Origin: Caldisericia bacterium
GTDB taxonomy: Bacteria > Caldisericota > Caldisericia > B22-G15
Assembly: GCA_026414995.1 (NCBI GenBank)
Contig: JAOAHY010000005.1
Coordinates: 18,547-82,546, forward strand
Length of the DNA: 64,000 nt
Direction of reading: 5' to 3'
Shown: piece after piece, positions 9,454 through 19,657 of the stretch
How the letters are laid out: each line of letters opens with the position of its first letter
Numbering within the stretch: position 1 is the stretch's first letter
Made by a program: the position numbers and the translations under genes
Notes under the pieces: model-generated
Told to the model about the DNA's origin: nothing
Databases searched by the model: none
The model's input: only the letters and a program-made list of their open reading frames with translations

Positions 9454-10746
9454 ATGTTTGCTGCATTATTATTATTTGGTATTTTTTTCATTCTAATAAT
9501 TCTTGGTGCTCCTATTGGTACATCAATTGGAATAGCAGGAGTTCTTGGAACAGTTTACTATAAATTAGGTATTACAATGATATCTAGAAATTTTGCTTCT
9601 GGTATTGCTAAATTTCCATTAATTGCAATTCCATTTTTTGTTCTTGCTGGAGTTTTAATGTCAAAAGGAGGACTTGCCAAAAAAATATCAGATTTCATAA
9701 TACTTGTAGTAGGACGTTCTGTTGGAGGTCTTGCTATTGCAGCAGTTGTTACTGCAACTTTTTGGGGTGCAATTTCTGGTTCAGGTCCTGCAACAGCAGC
9801 AGCAATTGGTTTAATTTTTATACCTGCAATGATAAAACAAGGATATGGTGATTTATTTTCAGCAGCAGTTGTTGCCGCAGCAAGTGGTCTTGCAATAATT
9901 ATTCCACCTTCAATTGCATTTATTGTATATGGTAATATAACAGGTGTTTCAGTTGCTGCGATTTTTCTAGGTGGAATTTTACCTGGTTTAGTAGTTTCTG
10001 GAACTTTAATTGTTATAACTTATTTAATTTCAAAAAGAAGAAATTATAGAGGAACAGAAAAAAGAGGAACTACAAAAGAAATTTTAATTGCATTAAAAGA
10101 CGCAATATGGGCAATTTTAGCTCCTGTAATTATTCTTGGATCAATTTATGCTGGTGTTGCAACTCCAACAGAAGCAGCTGTTATTTCTGTCTTTTATTCT
10201 TTGTTTGTGGGTATTTTTGTATACAAATCATTAAATTTAAAAACATTAATTGAATCACTAATAGAAACTTCAATAACATCAGCAGTTGTTATGTTTGTTG
10301 TTACATTCGCAGGAATTTTTTCAATAGCAGAAGCAAGACTAGGTATACTTGATTTAGCTGCAAAAGGTGTAATTAATATTTCAAAAAATCCTATTATATT
10401 TTTATTACTTGTTGATATAGTATTTCTAATAGCTGGTTTCTTTTTAGATGCTATTTCAATTATGTATGTTGTTATGCCAATTTTCTTACCTGTTTTAAAA
10501 TCTTTTGGTGTTGATCCTTTATTTTTTGGAGTAGCAGTAACTGTTGCATGTGCAATAGGCCAAATAACACCTCCAGTTGCAGTTAATCTTTATGTAACTG
10601 CAAATTTAGTAAAAAAACCTTTAGATCAAGTAGCAAAAGAGATATGGCCATTCGTTTTATTTACAATTGTTGGTCTTTTGATTGTCACATATGCTCCAAA
10701 ACTTTCGCTTTTAATACCTATTGCTTCTAAACTTTATGTGCCTTGA
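9454..10746 (+). CDS. TRAP transporter large permease (DctM family)
   Basis: 430 aa, polytopic, typical DctM length and Gly/Ala-rich helices; RBS GGGAGGAG. Confidence 0.85.
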   Translation: MFAALLLFGIFFILIILGAPIGTSIGIAGVLGTVYYKLGITMISRNFASGIAKFPLIAIPFFVLAGVLMSKGGLAKKISDFIILVVGRSVGGLAIAAVVTATFWGAISGSGPATAAAIGLIFIPAMIKQGYGDLFSAAVVAAASGLAIIIPPSIAFIVYGNITGVSVAAIFLGGILPGLVVSGTLIVITYLISKRRNYRGTEKRGTTKEILIALKDAIWAILAPVIILGSIYAGVATPTEAAVISVFYSLFVGIFVYKSLNLKTLIESLIETSITSAVVMFVVTFAGIFSIAEARLGILDLAAKGVINISKNPIIFLLLVDIVFLIAGFFLDAISIMYVVMPIFLPVLKSFGVDPLFFGVAVTVACAIGQITPPVAVNLYVTANLVKKPLDQVAKEIWPFVLFTIVGLLIVTYAPKLSLLIPIASKLYVP

Positions 10747-11369
10747 TATTTTTTAAAATCTTCAATTGCTTTTTGAGTTAATGGATTTTCAAATATTTCA
10801 TCAAAGATATTTTTAGGGATAGTTATTGCATCACTTCCATTTTTAACTACATCCTCTACCTCTTTTGAACTTCTAAAACTTGCAGAAAGTATTTTTATGT
10901 TTAATCCATTTTCTTTTATTATAATTTTTGAATCTTTAACTATACTAATAGGGTCTCCCCCATATCTTCCAATTCTATTTATATATGGAATTAAATAAAG
11001 AGGCTCATATTTTAAAGAGAAAATTATTTGTGAAAGAGAAAAAATTGATGTTATTGAAAATGGAATATTCTCTTTTTTAAATAGGGGCAAACTTTTTAAT
11101 CCTTCTTTGGAAAATGGAATTTTTAATACTAAACCTTCAGGGTAAATTAAATAATATGTTTTTCCTTCTTCATAAATTTTTAGATAATCTTCTTCTAAAG
11201 TTTGTACAAAAACTTTTAAATTTAAATTTTTACATAAATTAATAACTTCTTTTATTGAAATTTTTTCTTTTCCTAATAAAGTTGGATTTGTTGTAACACC
11301 AGAAATAAGTTTAGTCGAGTTTATCTCTTCAATTTCTCGCAAATTAGCGCTATCTAAAAATATTTCCAT
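10734..11369 (-). CDS. Transaldolase-family protein (short Tal / fructose-6-phosphate aldolase type)
   Basis: MEIFLDSAN, GVTTNP, Schiff-base Lys context LVLKIP, ILSASFR; 211 aa, like the short Bacillus-type Tal. Confidence 0.75.
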   Translation of the reverse strand: MEIFLDSANLREIEEINSTKLISGVTTNPTLLGKEKISIKEVINLCKNLNLKVFVQTLEEDYLKIYEEGKTYYLIYPEGLVLKIPFSKEGLKSLPLFKKENIPFSITSIFSLSQIIFSLKYEPLYLIPYINRIGRYGGDPISIVKDSKIIIKENGLNIKILSASFRSSKEVEDVVKNGSDAITIPKNIFDEIFENPLTQKAIEDFKKYQGT

Positions 11370-11411
11370 ATTTGATAAAATTATAATACATTGTCTTAAG
11401 GAGGTAAAGAT

Positions 11412-12350
11412 ATGAAGTTAAAAGATATTTACAAACTGTTTATAGAATTAGGAATTAAATATGACCCAAGAGGTAAAGATGAGGTTTTAAAACTTATTGA
11501 AGAGAGAAAAAAGGAGTTTGAAAAACTTGAAGAAAAAGAAAAAGAGTTTTTTGATTTAGATTCTTTATTTAATCCATATGGAGATACAAGAATTCTTTAT
11601 GGCACAGGTGATGAAGAAATACAAAGTTTAATTGCAGGAATTGATATTGATAGTGCTGAAGTTATGCTTGGTAAAAATTTGAATTTTGATCTTGTTCTTG
11701 CTCATCATCCAAGAGGAATTGGTTTGCTTAATCTTCCAGATGTTATGAGATTACAAGAAGATGCTTTAATTCACCATGGAATTCCAATTAATATTGGACA
11801 AAAATTAATGGCTAAAAGAATTTCTGAGGTTGATAGAGCATTAACCCCACAAAATGCATATAGAGCTATAGATACCGCAAGACTTTTAAACTTACCATTT
11901 ATGTGTGTACATACTCCTTCAGACAATGCTGTTCATTCATATTTAACAAATATATTTGAAAAAGAAAAACCAAAATATTTAAAAGATGTAATAGAGGTTC
12001 TTTTAACAATTCCAGAATATAGAGAGGCAAAAAAACTTGGTTTTGGTCCAAAAATTTTCAGTGGAGACCTTAAGAGTAAGGCAGGTAAAATTGTCGTAGA
12101 TATGACTGGTGGAACAGAAGGTGCTAAAGAACTTATGAAGAAATTTTCTGATGCTGGAATTGGAACAATAATTGGAATGCATTTCTCTGAGGAACATAGA
12201 AAAGAAGCAGAAGAAGCATTAATAAATCTTGTTGTCGCTGGTCATATGTCATCTGATTCTTTAGGTTTAAATCTTCTTCTTGATGAATTAGAGAAAAAGG
12301 GTATTAAAATTGAAACTTTTTCTGGATTAATAAGAGTTAAAAGAATATAA
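11412..12350 (+). CDS. Nif3-like dinuclear metal-centre protein (GTP cyclohydrolase 1 type 2 homologue family), with an N-terminal extension
   Basis: DLVLAHHP (HHP metal motif) and a C-terminal GMHFSEE ... AGHMSSD pair resembling the Nif3 GHxxSE motif. Confidence 0.5.
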   Translation: MKLKDIYKLFIELGIKYDPRGKDEVLKLIEERKKEFEKLEEKEKEFFDLDSLFNPYGDTRILYGTGDEEIQSLIAGIDIDSAEVMLGKNLNFDLVLAHHPRGIGLLNLPDVMRLQEDALIHHGIPINIGQKLMAKRISEVDRALTPQNAYRAIDTARLLNLPFMCVHTPSDNAVHSYLTNIFEKEKPKYLKDVIEVLLTIPEYREAKKLGFGPKIFSGDLKSKAGKIVVDMTGGTEGAKELMKKFSDAGIGTIIGMHFSEEHRKEAEEALINLVVAGHMSSDSLGLNLLLDELEKKGIKIETFSGLIRVKRI

Positions 12351-12355
12351 AAAAA

Positions 12356-12388
12356 GGGGTGCGGTATTTACCGCACCCATAAAATTTT
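12356..12388. terminator. Bidirectional intrinsic terminator between convergent genes
   Basis: AAAAAA-GGGGTGCGGTA-tt-TACCGCACCC-ATAAAATTTT: a perfect 10-bp GC-rich stem flanked by an A-run and a T-run. Confidence 0.65.
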
Positions 12389-12404
12389 CTACTTTATATA
12401 CAAA

Positions 12405-13742
12405 TTAAAATTCAGTTTTTCCAGTAAAATTAAATTCTTTTACTCTAATATAGGGAACAACACTAACATGAGCTCCGCCTTTTTGAACTTTTCTTTCTTT
12501 TGAAATTTCAACTACATTGTTCATTAGTTCAACCATATTTTGTGTGAATCTCATATTTTTAACTGGGGTAGTTATCTTTCCATCTTCAATTAAAAATGTT
12601 CCATCTCTTGTCATTCCAGTTATTATTACTCTTTTTGGATCTAGAGGATTAGTATAATGAAATCTAGAAACAAAAACTCCTTTTTTTACATTTTTTATCA
12701 TGTCTTCAACATTACTTTCTCCTTCTTTCATAAATAGATTTAATGCAAAAGGTCCTATAGAATTTGGTTGAGGGAGAGAGTGTCCTGTATTTTCTTTTCC
12801 ATATTTGAAAGCATGATATGAATCATACACAACTCCTTTTGCTATACCATTTTCTATTAAATTGACTCTTTTTTTAGAAACGCCCTCAAAATCAAAAACA
12901 ATAGGTGCACCAGATGGATCTAAACCATCATCCCAAATTGTAATATTTTCTCCAAAAACTTTTTCACCCAATTTTCCACTCATAAAACTTGTATCTTGAT
13001 GAAATGATTTTGCTCCAAATGAAAGATAAGCAAAAAAGAAAAGTATATCTTCTACTGCATATGGAGTTAGTATTACTTCATACTTATTAGGCTCTAAGTC
13101 AATTGGATTTTTTCCCATTAAAACTCTATAAATTACTTCTTCAGCAAGATCAATTTCATTTAATTCTGAAAATCTCAATGCAAATCTATCTCCATAACCA
13201 GAAGAGTTTTCACTCATTATAACAGTTGAAAATGTTATTGAAGAATAAGGTGAATAAGCTTCAATTCCTCTTGAATTTAAGATAGCATACTCTTCTAAAT
13301 CTAAAGACAAAGCACCTGATGCAATTAAATTATATTTTTCTGAAAGTTTTACAAGATTTGAAACTTTATTTGCAAGATCTTCAGGATTAACTTTTAAATT
13401 TTCTTCATAAAAAGTTTTAATTTCAATATAATTATCTTTTTCAGGTAATTTTACAAAATCTGGGTCTTCTTTCGAGTATTCTGCTATTTCTTCTGCGTCT
13501 TTGACTGCTTTAATTACACCCTCTTCTGTTAGATTGTTTGTTTCAACAAATCCAATTTTTTTATTTTTAATAACTCTTACTCTAATTTGAGAATTTGTTT
13601 CTTTCACATTTTGATGAATTGTATTGTTAGCAAATCTTGTTAAAGTTGACTCTTTGCCAAGATAAAGAAGTTCAATCTCATCTACTTTCGATACATCAAT
13701 TCCCTTTCTTAAAATTTTTATAATTTCATCTTTTCCTCTCAT
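12405..13742 (-). CDS. TldD/PmbA-family metallopeptidase, PmbA (TldE)-like partner
   Basis: 445 aa, TldD/PmbA fold, no HExxxH motif (as in PmbA); translationally coupled (ATGA) to the upstream TldD gene. Confidence 0.7.
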   Translation of the reverse strand: MRGKDEIIKILRKGIDVSKVDEIELLYLGKESTLTRFANNTIHQNVKETNSQIRVRVIKNKKIGFVETNNLTEEGVIKAVKDAEEIAEYSKEDPDFVKLPEKDNYIEIKTFYEENLKVNPEDLANKVSNLVKLSEKYNLIASGALSLDLEEYAILNSRGIEAYSPYSSITFSTVIMSENSSGYGDRFALRFSELNEIDLAEEVIYRVLMGKNPIDLEPNKYEVILTPYAVEDILFFFAYLSFGAKSFHQDTSFMSGKLGEKVFGENITIWDDGLDPSGAPIVFDFEGVSKKRVNLIENGIAKGVVYDSYHAFKYGKENTGHSLPQPNSIGPFALNLFMKEGESNVEDMIKNVKKGVFVSRFHYTNPLDPKRVIITGMTRDGTFLIEDGKITTPVKNMRFTQNMVELMNNVVEISKERKVQKGGAHVSVVPYIRVKEFNFTGKTEF

Positions 13743-15184
13743 CTTATCACCCCTACTCTTACATTTCTAAATCTTGCAGGTGATGTTCCATGAGATACCT
13801 GCATAATTTGAGTGGGTTCACCTTTTCCACAATTTGGTAAACCCCAAACATGCCAAAGGTCTTTGTTTCCAATTCCATCACATGATCTCCAAAATTCATA
13901 AGTTATTCCTGTATATGTTGGATTTTTTATCATTTCGCCAAGTTTACCATCTTTAATTTCCCATCCAATTTCACATCCAAATTGAAAGTTAAGTCTCTTA
14001 TCATCTATCGACCAACTTTTATTAGTCTCAACATAAATTCCTTCTTTGATACCACCAATTAACTCCTCAAAAGAAAGATTACCAGGTTCAAGATTTATTG
14101 AGGTCATTCTAATAAGTGGAATTCTATTCCATCCATCTGCTCTCATGGCACCTATTGGCTTTAGACCAACTTTGTGAGCAGTTTCTCTTGAAGTAAGATA
14201 TCCAACAAAAATACCATCTTTCACAAGATAAACTCTCTGAGCTGGCACTCCTTCATCATCATATTTAAAACCACCAAGTGCGTATGGTGTTGTAGCATCA
14301 GCTGTAATATTAACTATTTTAGAACCATATTGAAATTTTCCTAATTTTTCAGGAGTTAAAAATGAAGTCCCTGCATATGAAGCTTCCATTCCAAAGACTC
14401 TATCAAGTTCAGCAGGATGTCCTAATGATTCGTGAACTTGAAGAGCCATTTGATCTCCACTAATAACAATATCCATATAACCCTGAGGACATGGTTTTGC
14501 ATTAAGTAAATCTACACTTTGTTTCGCAATTCTTTCACTATTTTCAATTAGTTTCAATTCTTCAATAAATTCATAGCCTTTTCTTGAAAAATCACCACCT
14601 AAAGATGCTGGGTAACTCCTTCTTTGGACTTCTCCTGTATCTCCTATTGCATATGCTTCTATGCCTGCACCAGAAACTATTCTTTCTTGAAAAATATATG
14701 AACCCTCTGTTGATGCAAAATATTTATTTTGTTTTAAGAAGTACAAACTCCCCCTTCTTATTTTTACCGCTTTAAATTGAGACATAATTTTGTCACATTC
14801 TAGAAGAAGCGCAAGTTTTTTGTCAAGTGATATAGAAAATGGATCTAGTTTATAATTTTCATGATATTCATCTTCAAAAATGTCAACTGGTGATAGAATA
14901 ACATCTTCTTTTTTTACAATTTGTGAAGCTTTAGCAATACTAATTGCTTCATCTAATACTTTTATCATCTCATATTTATCAATTTTCGATGAAGAAGAAA
15001 AACCCCATGAACCATTAAGTAAAACCCTTATACCAAAACCTTTTGAAATCGATTTACCAATTCCTTGTACTGTTCCATTTTCAGTGTCAATTGTTTCAAC
15101 TTCATCCTCAATCACTCTTACATCTCCATAATTTACCCCTCTTTTTTTAGCCTCTTCCATAATCCATCTTACTTCATCCTTCAT
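13739..15184 (-). CDS. tldD: TldD metalloprotease
   Basis: 481 aa, HESLGHPAELD (HExxxH zinc motif characteristic of TldD); strong RBS AAAGGAGGA. Confidence 0.8.
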   Translation of the reverse strand: MKDEVRWIMEEAKKRGVNYGDVRVIEDEVETIDTENGTVQGIGKSISKGFGIRVLLNGSWGFSSSSKIDKYEMIKVLDEAISIAKASQIVKKEDVILSPVDIFEDEYHENYKLDPFSISLDKKLALLLECDKIMSQFKAVKIRRGSLYFLKQNKYFASTEGSYIFQERIVSGAGIEAYAIGDTGEVQRRSYPASLGGDFSRKGYEFIEELKLIENSERIAKQSVDLLNAKPCPQGYMDIVISGDQMALQVHESLGHPAELDRVFGMEASYAGTSFLTPEKLGKFQYGSKIVNITADATTPYALGGFKYDDEGVPAQRVYLVKDGIFVGYLTSRETAHKVGLKPIGAMRADGWNRIPLIRMTSINLEPGNLSFEELIGGIKEGIYVETNKSWSIDDKRLNFQFGCEIGWEIKDGKLGEMIKNPTYTGITYEFWRSCDGIGNKDLWHVWGLPNCGKGEPTQIMQVSHGTSPARFRNVRVGVIR

Positions 15185-15194
15185 AAATCCTCCT

Positions 15195-16088
15195 TTATTT
15201 AAATGTTAAACTCAATAACCTCTTTATTCTCTCTTCAATCGGTGGATGAGTCGCAAAAAGTTTTTCTCCTGAAAATGGACTCCTTATAAATAGATGAGCT
15301 GTTGCTTCAGAAGGATTTTTCATAGGTTTTTGATATTCGCTTAATTTTTTTAAAGCACTTGCAAGCCCATATGGATTTCTTATTATATATGCACCATCAG
15401 CATCTGCAAGAAACTCTCTCTGTCTTGAAATTGCTGCTCTTATTAATGCAACAAGAATAGGAGATACAATAGCTAAAATTATGGCAATTACCATAAAAAT
15501 TGCATTGCCTCCCTCTTTTTCTCTTTTACGTGTACCTCCTCCAAAGAAAAAGACACTTCTTAAAAAAATATCTCTCAATAAAACAATCAACCCAACAACA
15601 ATTCCAATAACAGTCATTAGTAATATATCATAATTTCTTATATGTGAAATTTCATGTGAAATAACTCCTTGAAGTTCTTCTCTATTCATCATTTCAAGAA
15701 GACCAGTTGTAACGCAAATAGAAGCATTTTGAGGGTTTCTACCAGTTGCAAAAGCATTAGGTTGTTGTTCATTCATAATATATACTTTTGGTTTAGGAAT
15801 TCCTGCAGCAATTGCAACCTCCTCAACTACATTATGAAGAACATAAAACTTATCTCTATCTGCAGGAGTTGCTCCAACAGAAAGAAGAGCTATTTTATCA
15901 GAATTGTAATAAACCACCAAATTGTAAAAGATTATGAATATTGCTATTAAAATTAATCCAGATATTCCCCATTCAAGTGCATAAACAAATAGATATCCTA
16001 TGAGAAATAAAATAATTGAAAATATAATCAAAAAGAAAGTTGTTCTTCTTTTATTCTCTGCTATTAATTCATAAAGAGTTTTTTTCAT
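15195..16088 (-). CDS. HtpX-like M48 zinc metalloprotease (membrane)
   Basis: [10 protein letters not shown] (HExxH), TM helices; immediately downstream of LemA, a conserved LemA/HtpX-like pair. Confidence 0.8.
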   Translation of the reverse strand: MKKTLYELIAENKRRTTFFLIIFSIILFLIGYLFVYALEWGISGLILIAIFIIFYNLVVYYNSDKIALLSVGATPADRDKFYVLHNVVEEVAIAAGIPKPKVYIMNEQQPNAFATGRNPQNASICVTTGLLEMMNREELQGVISHEISHIRNYDILLMTVIGIVVGLIVLLRDIFLRSVFFFGGGTRKREKEGGNAIFMVIAIILAIVSPILVALIRAAISRQREFLADADGAYIIRNPYGLASALKKLSEYQKPMKNPSEATAHLFIRSPFSGEKLFATHPPIEERIKRLLSLTFK

Positions 16089-16091
16089 AAA

Positions 16092-16640
16092 TTAAAAACT
16101 AACTCTTATTGGTCCCCTTTCTTCTTCTGGCACAGGATAATATTCAGCAGGAGTTAAGCCCATGATTCTTGCCACAAATACTGCTGGAATTCTTTCTTGA
16201 GCTGCATTAAAATTCATAACAATATCATTATAGAATTGTCTTGAAAATGCAATTTTGTTTTCTGTATTTGTTAATTCCTCTTGAAGTTTTAAAAAATTTT
16301 CATTTGCTTTAAGTTCTGGGTAATTTTCTGCAACTGCAAATAGAGTTTTTAAAGCTCCAGTCAACTGATTGTTTGCCTCACCTATATCTTTAATTGAACC
16401 TGCACTCATTGCTCTGGTTCTTAAATCAGTTACTCTTTCAAAAACTTCTCTTTCATGTTTAGCATAACCTTTTACTGTTTCAACTAAATTTGGAATTAAA
16501 TCATATCTTCTTTTAAGTTGAACATCTATCTGAGCCCATGCATTTTTAACCCTATTTTTTAAGGTTATAAACATGTTGTAAGTGCCTATGAACCAAAAGA
16601 GAGCAATCAGCACTACTCCTAAAATGATCCATCCAAACAT
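16092..16640 (-). CDS. LemA family protein
   Basis: N-terminal TM segment, LemA-like sequence throughout (AQIDVQLKRRYDLIPNLVETVKGYAKHE...), 182 aa. Confidence 0.8.
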   Translation of the reverse strand: MFGWIILGVVLIALFWFIGTYNMFITLKNRVKNAWAQIDVQLKRRYDLIPNLVETVKGYAKHEREVFERVTDLRTRAMSAGSIKDIGEANNQLTGALKTLFAVAENYPELKANENFLKLQEELTNTENKIAFSRQFYNDIVMNFNAAQERIPAVFVARIMGLTPAEYYPVPEEERGPIRVSF

Positions 16641-16673
16641 TATTCACCTCCAATTTTTTTAATTATACTATTT

Positions 16674-16868
16674 TTAAATATTTTTGTTATAGATAAAAAG
16701 TAAATAAAGTGATACTATTATACCAACTATTGAAAAAATTAAGATAAATAGTGGGAAGGAATTTAATTTTTTATCAATTAAATATCCTAATAAACCTAAC
16801 CCTAAAGTTGTTAATAAAAAAATAAAAATAACTTCAAATACTATTTGTAAAAAACTCTTATTTTTCAT
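16674..16868 (-). CDS. Small membrane protein, AtpZ/AtpI-like (PF09527-type)
   Basis: 64 aa, two TM segments, LGLGLLGYLIDKKLNSFPLF pattern reminiscent of AtpZ-family proteins. No ATP synthase genes are nearby. Confidence 0.4.
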   Translation of the reverse strand: MKNKSFLQIVFEVIFIFLLTTLGLGLLGYLIDKKLNSFPLFILIFSIVGIIVSLYLLFIYNKNI

Positions 16869-16911
16869 CCTTTAGTTAATTATATAAAAATAATGATATA
16901 ATAGTTTAAAG

Positions 16912-17241
16912 ATGAAAGGAAAAAGTTTTATACATAAAAATGCAATTAGAGATATAGCAATTCTTTCTGCTTTAAGATGTTATGGCATTGTTGGTATGGC
17001 ACCTATAAATCTTATTCAGAAAATTGAAAAAGCGCTAGGCTCAAGCGAAGCAACAAGAGGAGTTGAAGTAGAGTTTTTAAATGGAAAATTTGTAATAAAA
17101 TATCATATTGTTGTCTCAAAAGGAATAAATATAAAAGAAGTTATAAATAACTTAATTGAACAAGCAGAGTTTTCTTTTCAAAAAATGATTCATATAAAAC
17201 CTAAAATTAAAGTCATAGTTGAAGAGGTTAAGGAGGAATAA
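16912..17241 (+). CDS. Asp23/Gls24-family alkaline-shock protein
   Basis: 109 aa, Asp23-like sequence; conserved position upstream of a DAK2-domain gene (YloU/YloV-like arrangement). Confidence 0.75.
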   Translation: MKGKSFIHKNAIRDIAILSALRCYGIVGMAPINLIQKIEKALGSSEATRGVEVEFLNGKFVIKYHIVVSKGINIKEVINNLIEQAEFSFQKMIHIKPKIKVIVEEVKEE

Positions 17242-17243
17242 TT

Positions 17244-18806
17244 TTGGACTATCTTGATAAAGATTTTTTTCTTAACTTCTTTTATTTAGGATACAAAGAA
17301 GTTGAGAAAAGAAAAGAAGATATAAATAAATTAAATGTATTTCCAGTTCCTGATGGAGATACAGGAACAAATATGTATATGACTTTACAATCAAGTTGCG
17401 AAGAAATAAATAAAAATAATCCAAAAACCGTAGGAGAAGTGTCTCAATGTATAGCAAGAGGAAGCTTAATGGGGGCAAGAGGAAATTCTGGTGTTATTAT
17501 GTCACAAATTTTTAAGGGAATGAATATTGTTTTAAAAGATAAAGATAAAATTACACCAAAAGATCTTTCGTTATCATTTATCGAAGGAGTTTCAAAGGCA
17601 TATAAAGCAGTAATTAAACCAGTTGAAGGAACAATTTTAACTGTTGCTAAAAGTTTCGCAAAAACTTTATATGAAAAAATAAAAGAAGGTAAAAATTTAG
17701 AAGATGCATTTTTAGATGCAATTATAAAAGGGAGAGAAACTCTTAAAAAAACTCCTGAGATGTTGAGCATTTTGAAAGAAGCAGGTGTTGTTGACGCAGG
17801 AGGACTTGGATTTATTTTTTTTGTTGAAGGTGCATATAAAGCAATTAAAGGAAGAGAAGTTGAATTAGAAAAAATTGAATTAAAAGAACCTAGGAAATTT
17901 GAAAAATTAATTTATCCTTATGATGTTGTTATTCTTCTCTCAACAAATTTAAAAGAAGAATCTATTATGAAAGATTTTAATATAGAGGGAGATTCTTTAA
18001 TTGTTGGAAAAGAAGAAGATTTCTTTAAAATTCATTATCATACCAATAATTTGTTTGATTTAATAAACTATTTCAATCAAAGGGGTACAGTAATAAAAAT
18101 AAATGTTGAAAACATGCAATATGAAGTTGATAAATTAAAAGAAAAGAAAAAAGATGTCGGATTTATAGCAGTATCTCGAGGTAAAGGATTTGAAAAAATT
18201 TTGAAAGAAGCCGGAGTTGATTATATAGTGGAGGGAGGACAATCTTTTAATCCTTCAACAAAAGAGATACTTGAGGGAATAGAAAGTGTAAATGCAGATA
18301 AAATAATTGTTTTTCCAAATAATTCAAATGTTTATTTTTCAGCTCTTCAAACAAAAGAGTTAACTAATAAAAAGATAGAAGTAATACCAACAAAGTCAAT
18401 ACCAGAATGCATCACTTCTCTTACAATGGTAGACAAAAACAAAAGTTTTGAAGAAATAATTGAAGATTTAAAAGAATATATTAAAAATATTAGAACTATT
18501 GAAGTTACGAAATCAATTAGAGATACAGTTTTTAATGGAACAAAAATTAATGAAGGAGACTTTATATCAATTTATGAAGATAGAATAGTTGGAGATAAAG
18601 AATCTCCTGAAAACTCATTAATTAAAATGCTTAAAACAATTGAGATTGAAGATGGAACTCTTATATCAATTTATTATGGAGAAGAAATCAACGAAGAGAA
18701 GGGCAAGCAACTGAAAGAAAAGCTTGAAGAATTATATCCTAATTGTGATATAGAAATTTACTATGGTGGTCAACCACTATATTATTACATAGTAGCATTG
18801 GAGTAA
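17244..18806 (+). CDS. DAK2-domain protein, fatty-acid kinase FakA/YloV-like
   Basis: VPDGDTGTNM (DhaL/Dak2 nucleotide-binding motif), about 520 aa two-domain architecture, followed by a DegV (FakB) gene. TTG start after AGGAGG. Confidence 0.75.
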   Translation: MDYLDKDFFLNFFYLGYKEVEKRKEDINKLNVFPVPDGDTGTNMYMTLQSSCEEINKNNPKTVGEVSQCIARGSLMGARGNSGVIMSQIFKGMNIVLKDKDKITPKDLSLSFIEGVSKAYKAVIKPVEGTILTVAKSFAKTLYEKIKEGKNLEDAFLDAIIKGRETLKKTPEMLSILKEAGVVDAGGLGFIFFVEGAYKAIKGREVELEKIELKEPRKFEKLIYPYDVVILLSTNLKEESIMKDFNIEGDSLIVGKEEDFFKIHYHTNNLFDLINYFNQRGTVIKINVENMQYEVDKLKEKKKDVGFIAVSRGKGFEKILKEAGVDYIVEGGQSFNPSTKEILEGIESVNADKIIVFPNNSNVYFSALQTKELTNKKIEVIPTKSIPECITSLTMVDKNKSFEEIIEDLKEYIKNIRTIEVTKSIRDTVFNGTKINEGDFISIYEDRIVGDKESPENSLIKMLKTIEIEDGTLISIYYGEEINEEKGKQLKEKLEELYPNCDIEIYYGGQPLYYYIVALE

Positions 18807-18808
18807 AT

Positions 18809-19657
18809 ATGATAAAAATAGTCATTGATTCTGGTTGTGATTTACCAGATGATTATTTAAAAGAAAAAGATATAAAGGTTATACCTTTATATTTAAAATT
18901 AAATGATAAATTTTTAAAAGATGGAGTTGATATTAAAGGAAAAGAATTTTTTAATATTTTAAAAGAAAACAAAAATATTAACACTTCGCAACCACCTCTT
19001 GAAGATTTTATAAATGTTTATAAAGATTTAATTGAAAAAGGTAATGAAGTAATTTCAATACATATAACTGGTAAAGGTTCTGGTACAGTTAATACTGCAA
19101 AAATTGCAAAGGAAGAGGTAGACAAAAATAAAATAGATGTTCTTGATTCTAATCATATTTCAGCATCATACGGTTTTATTGTAAAAAGAGTTCAAGAACT
19201 CATTGAAAAGGGTTTTTCAAGAAATGAAATTGTGAAAAAATTTAGTGAATTTATAGAAAAAGTTCAACTCATTTTTACTCTTAATACTCTTGAATATGTA
19301 CACAAAGGAGGTAGAGTTAAAGATATTAAAACTATAGTATCAAATATTCTTGATATCAAACCAATTCTTATTATGAAAGATGGTTTACCTAAGATACACA
19401 AACTTATTAGGGGAAGAAAGAATTCTATAAAAGAATTGATAAAAAATGTTTTGGACCATTTAAAAAATGTTAAAAATTTTGAAATTGCTTTTTTGCATGG
19501 TGATGCTGAAGATGAAATAAATTTTGTAAAGGATGAAATTTTAAAAAATATAAAACCTAGTTTCTCTTTTACAAAACTTATAAGCTCTGCTCTTGGTGTT
19601 CATGCTGGACCTGGTTCTTTGGGAGTCGCAATAAATTTTATTGAGGAGGAGGTATGA
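18809..19657 (+). CDS. DegV-family fatty-acid-binding protein (FakB-like)
   Basis: 282 aa, DegV fold (MIKIVIDSGCDLP ... GPGSLGVA C-terminal motif). Confidence 0.85.
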   Translation: MIKIVIDSGCDLPDDYLKEKDIKVIPLYLKLNDKFLKDGVDIKGKEFFNILKENKNINTSQPPLEDFINVYKDLIEKGNEVISIHITGKGSGTVNTAKIAKEEVDKNKIDVLDSNHISASYGFIVKRVQELIEKGFSRNEIVKKFSEFIEKVQLIFTLNTLEYVHKGGRVKDIKTIVSNILDIKPILIMKDGLPKIHKLIRGRKNSIKELIKNVLDHLKNVKNFEIAFLHGDAEDEINFVKDEILKNIKPSFSFTKLISSALGVHAGPGSLGVAINFIEEEV

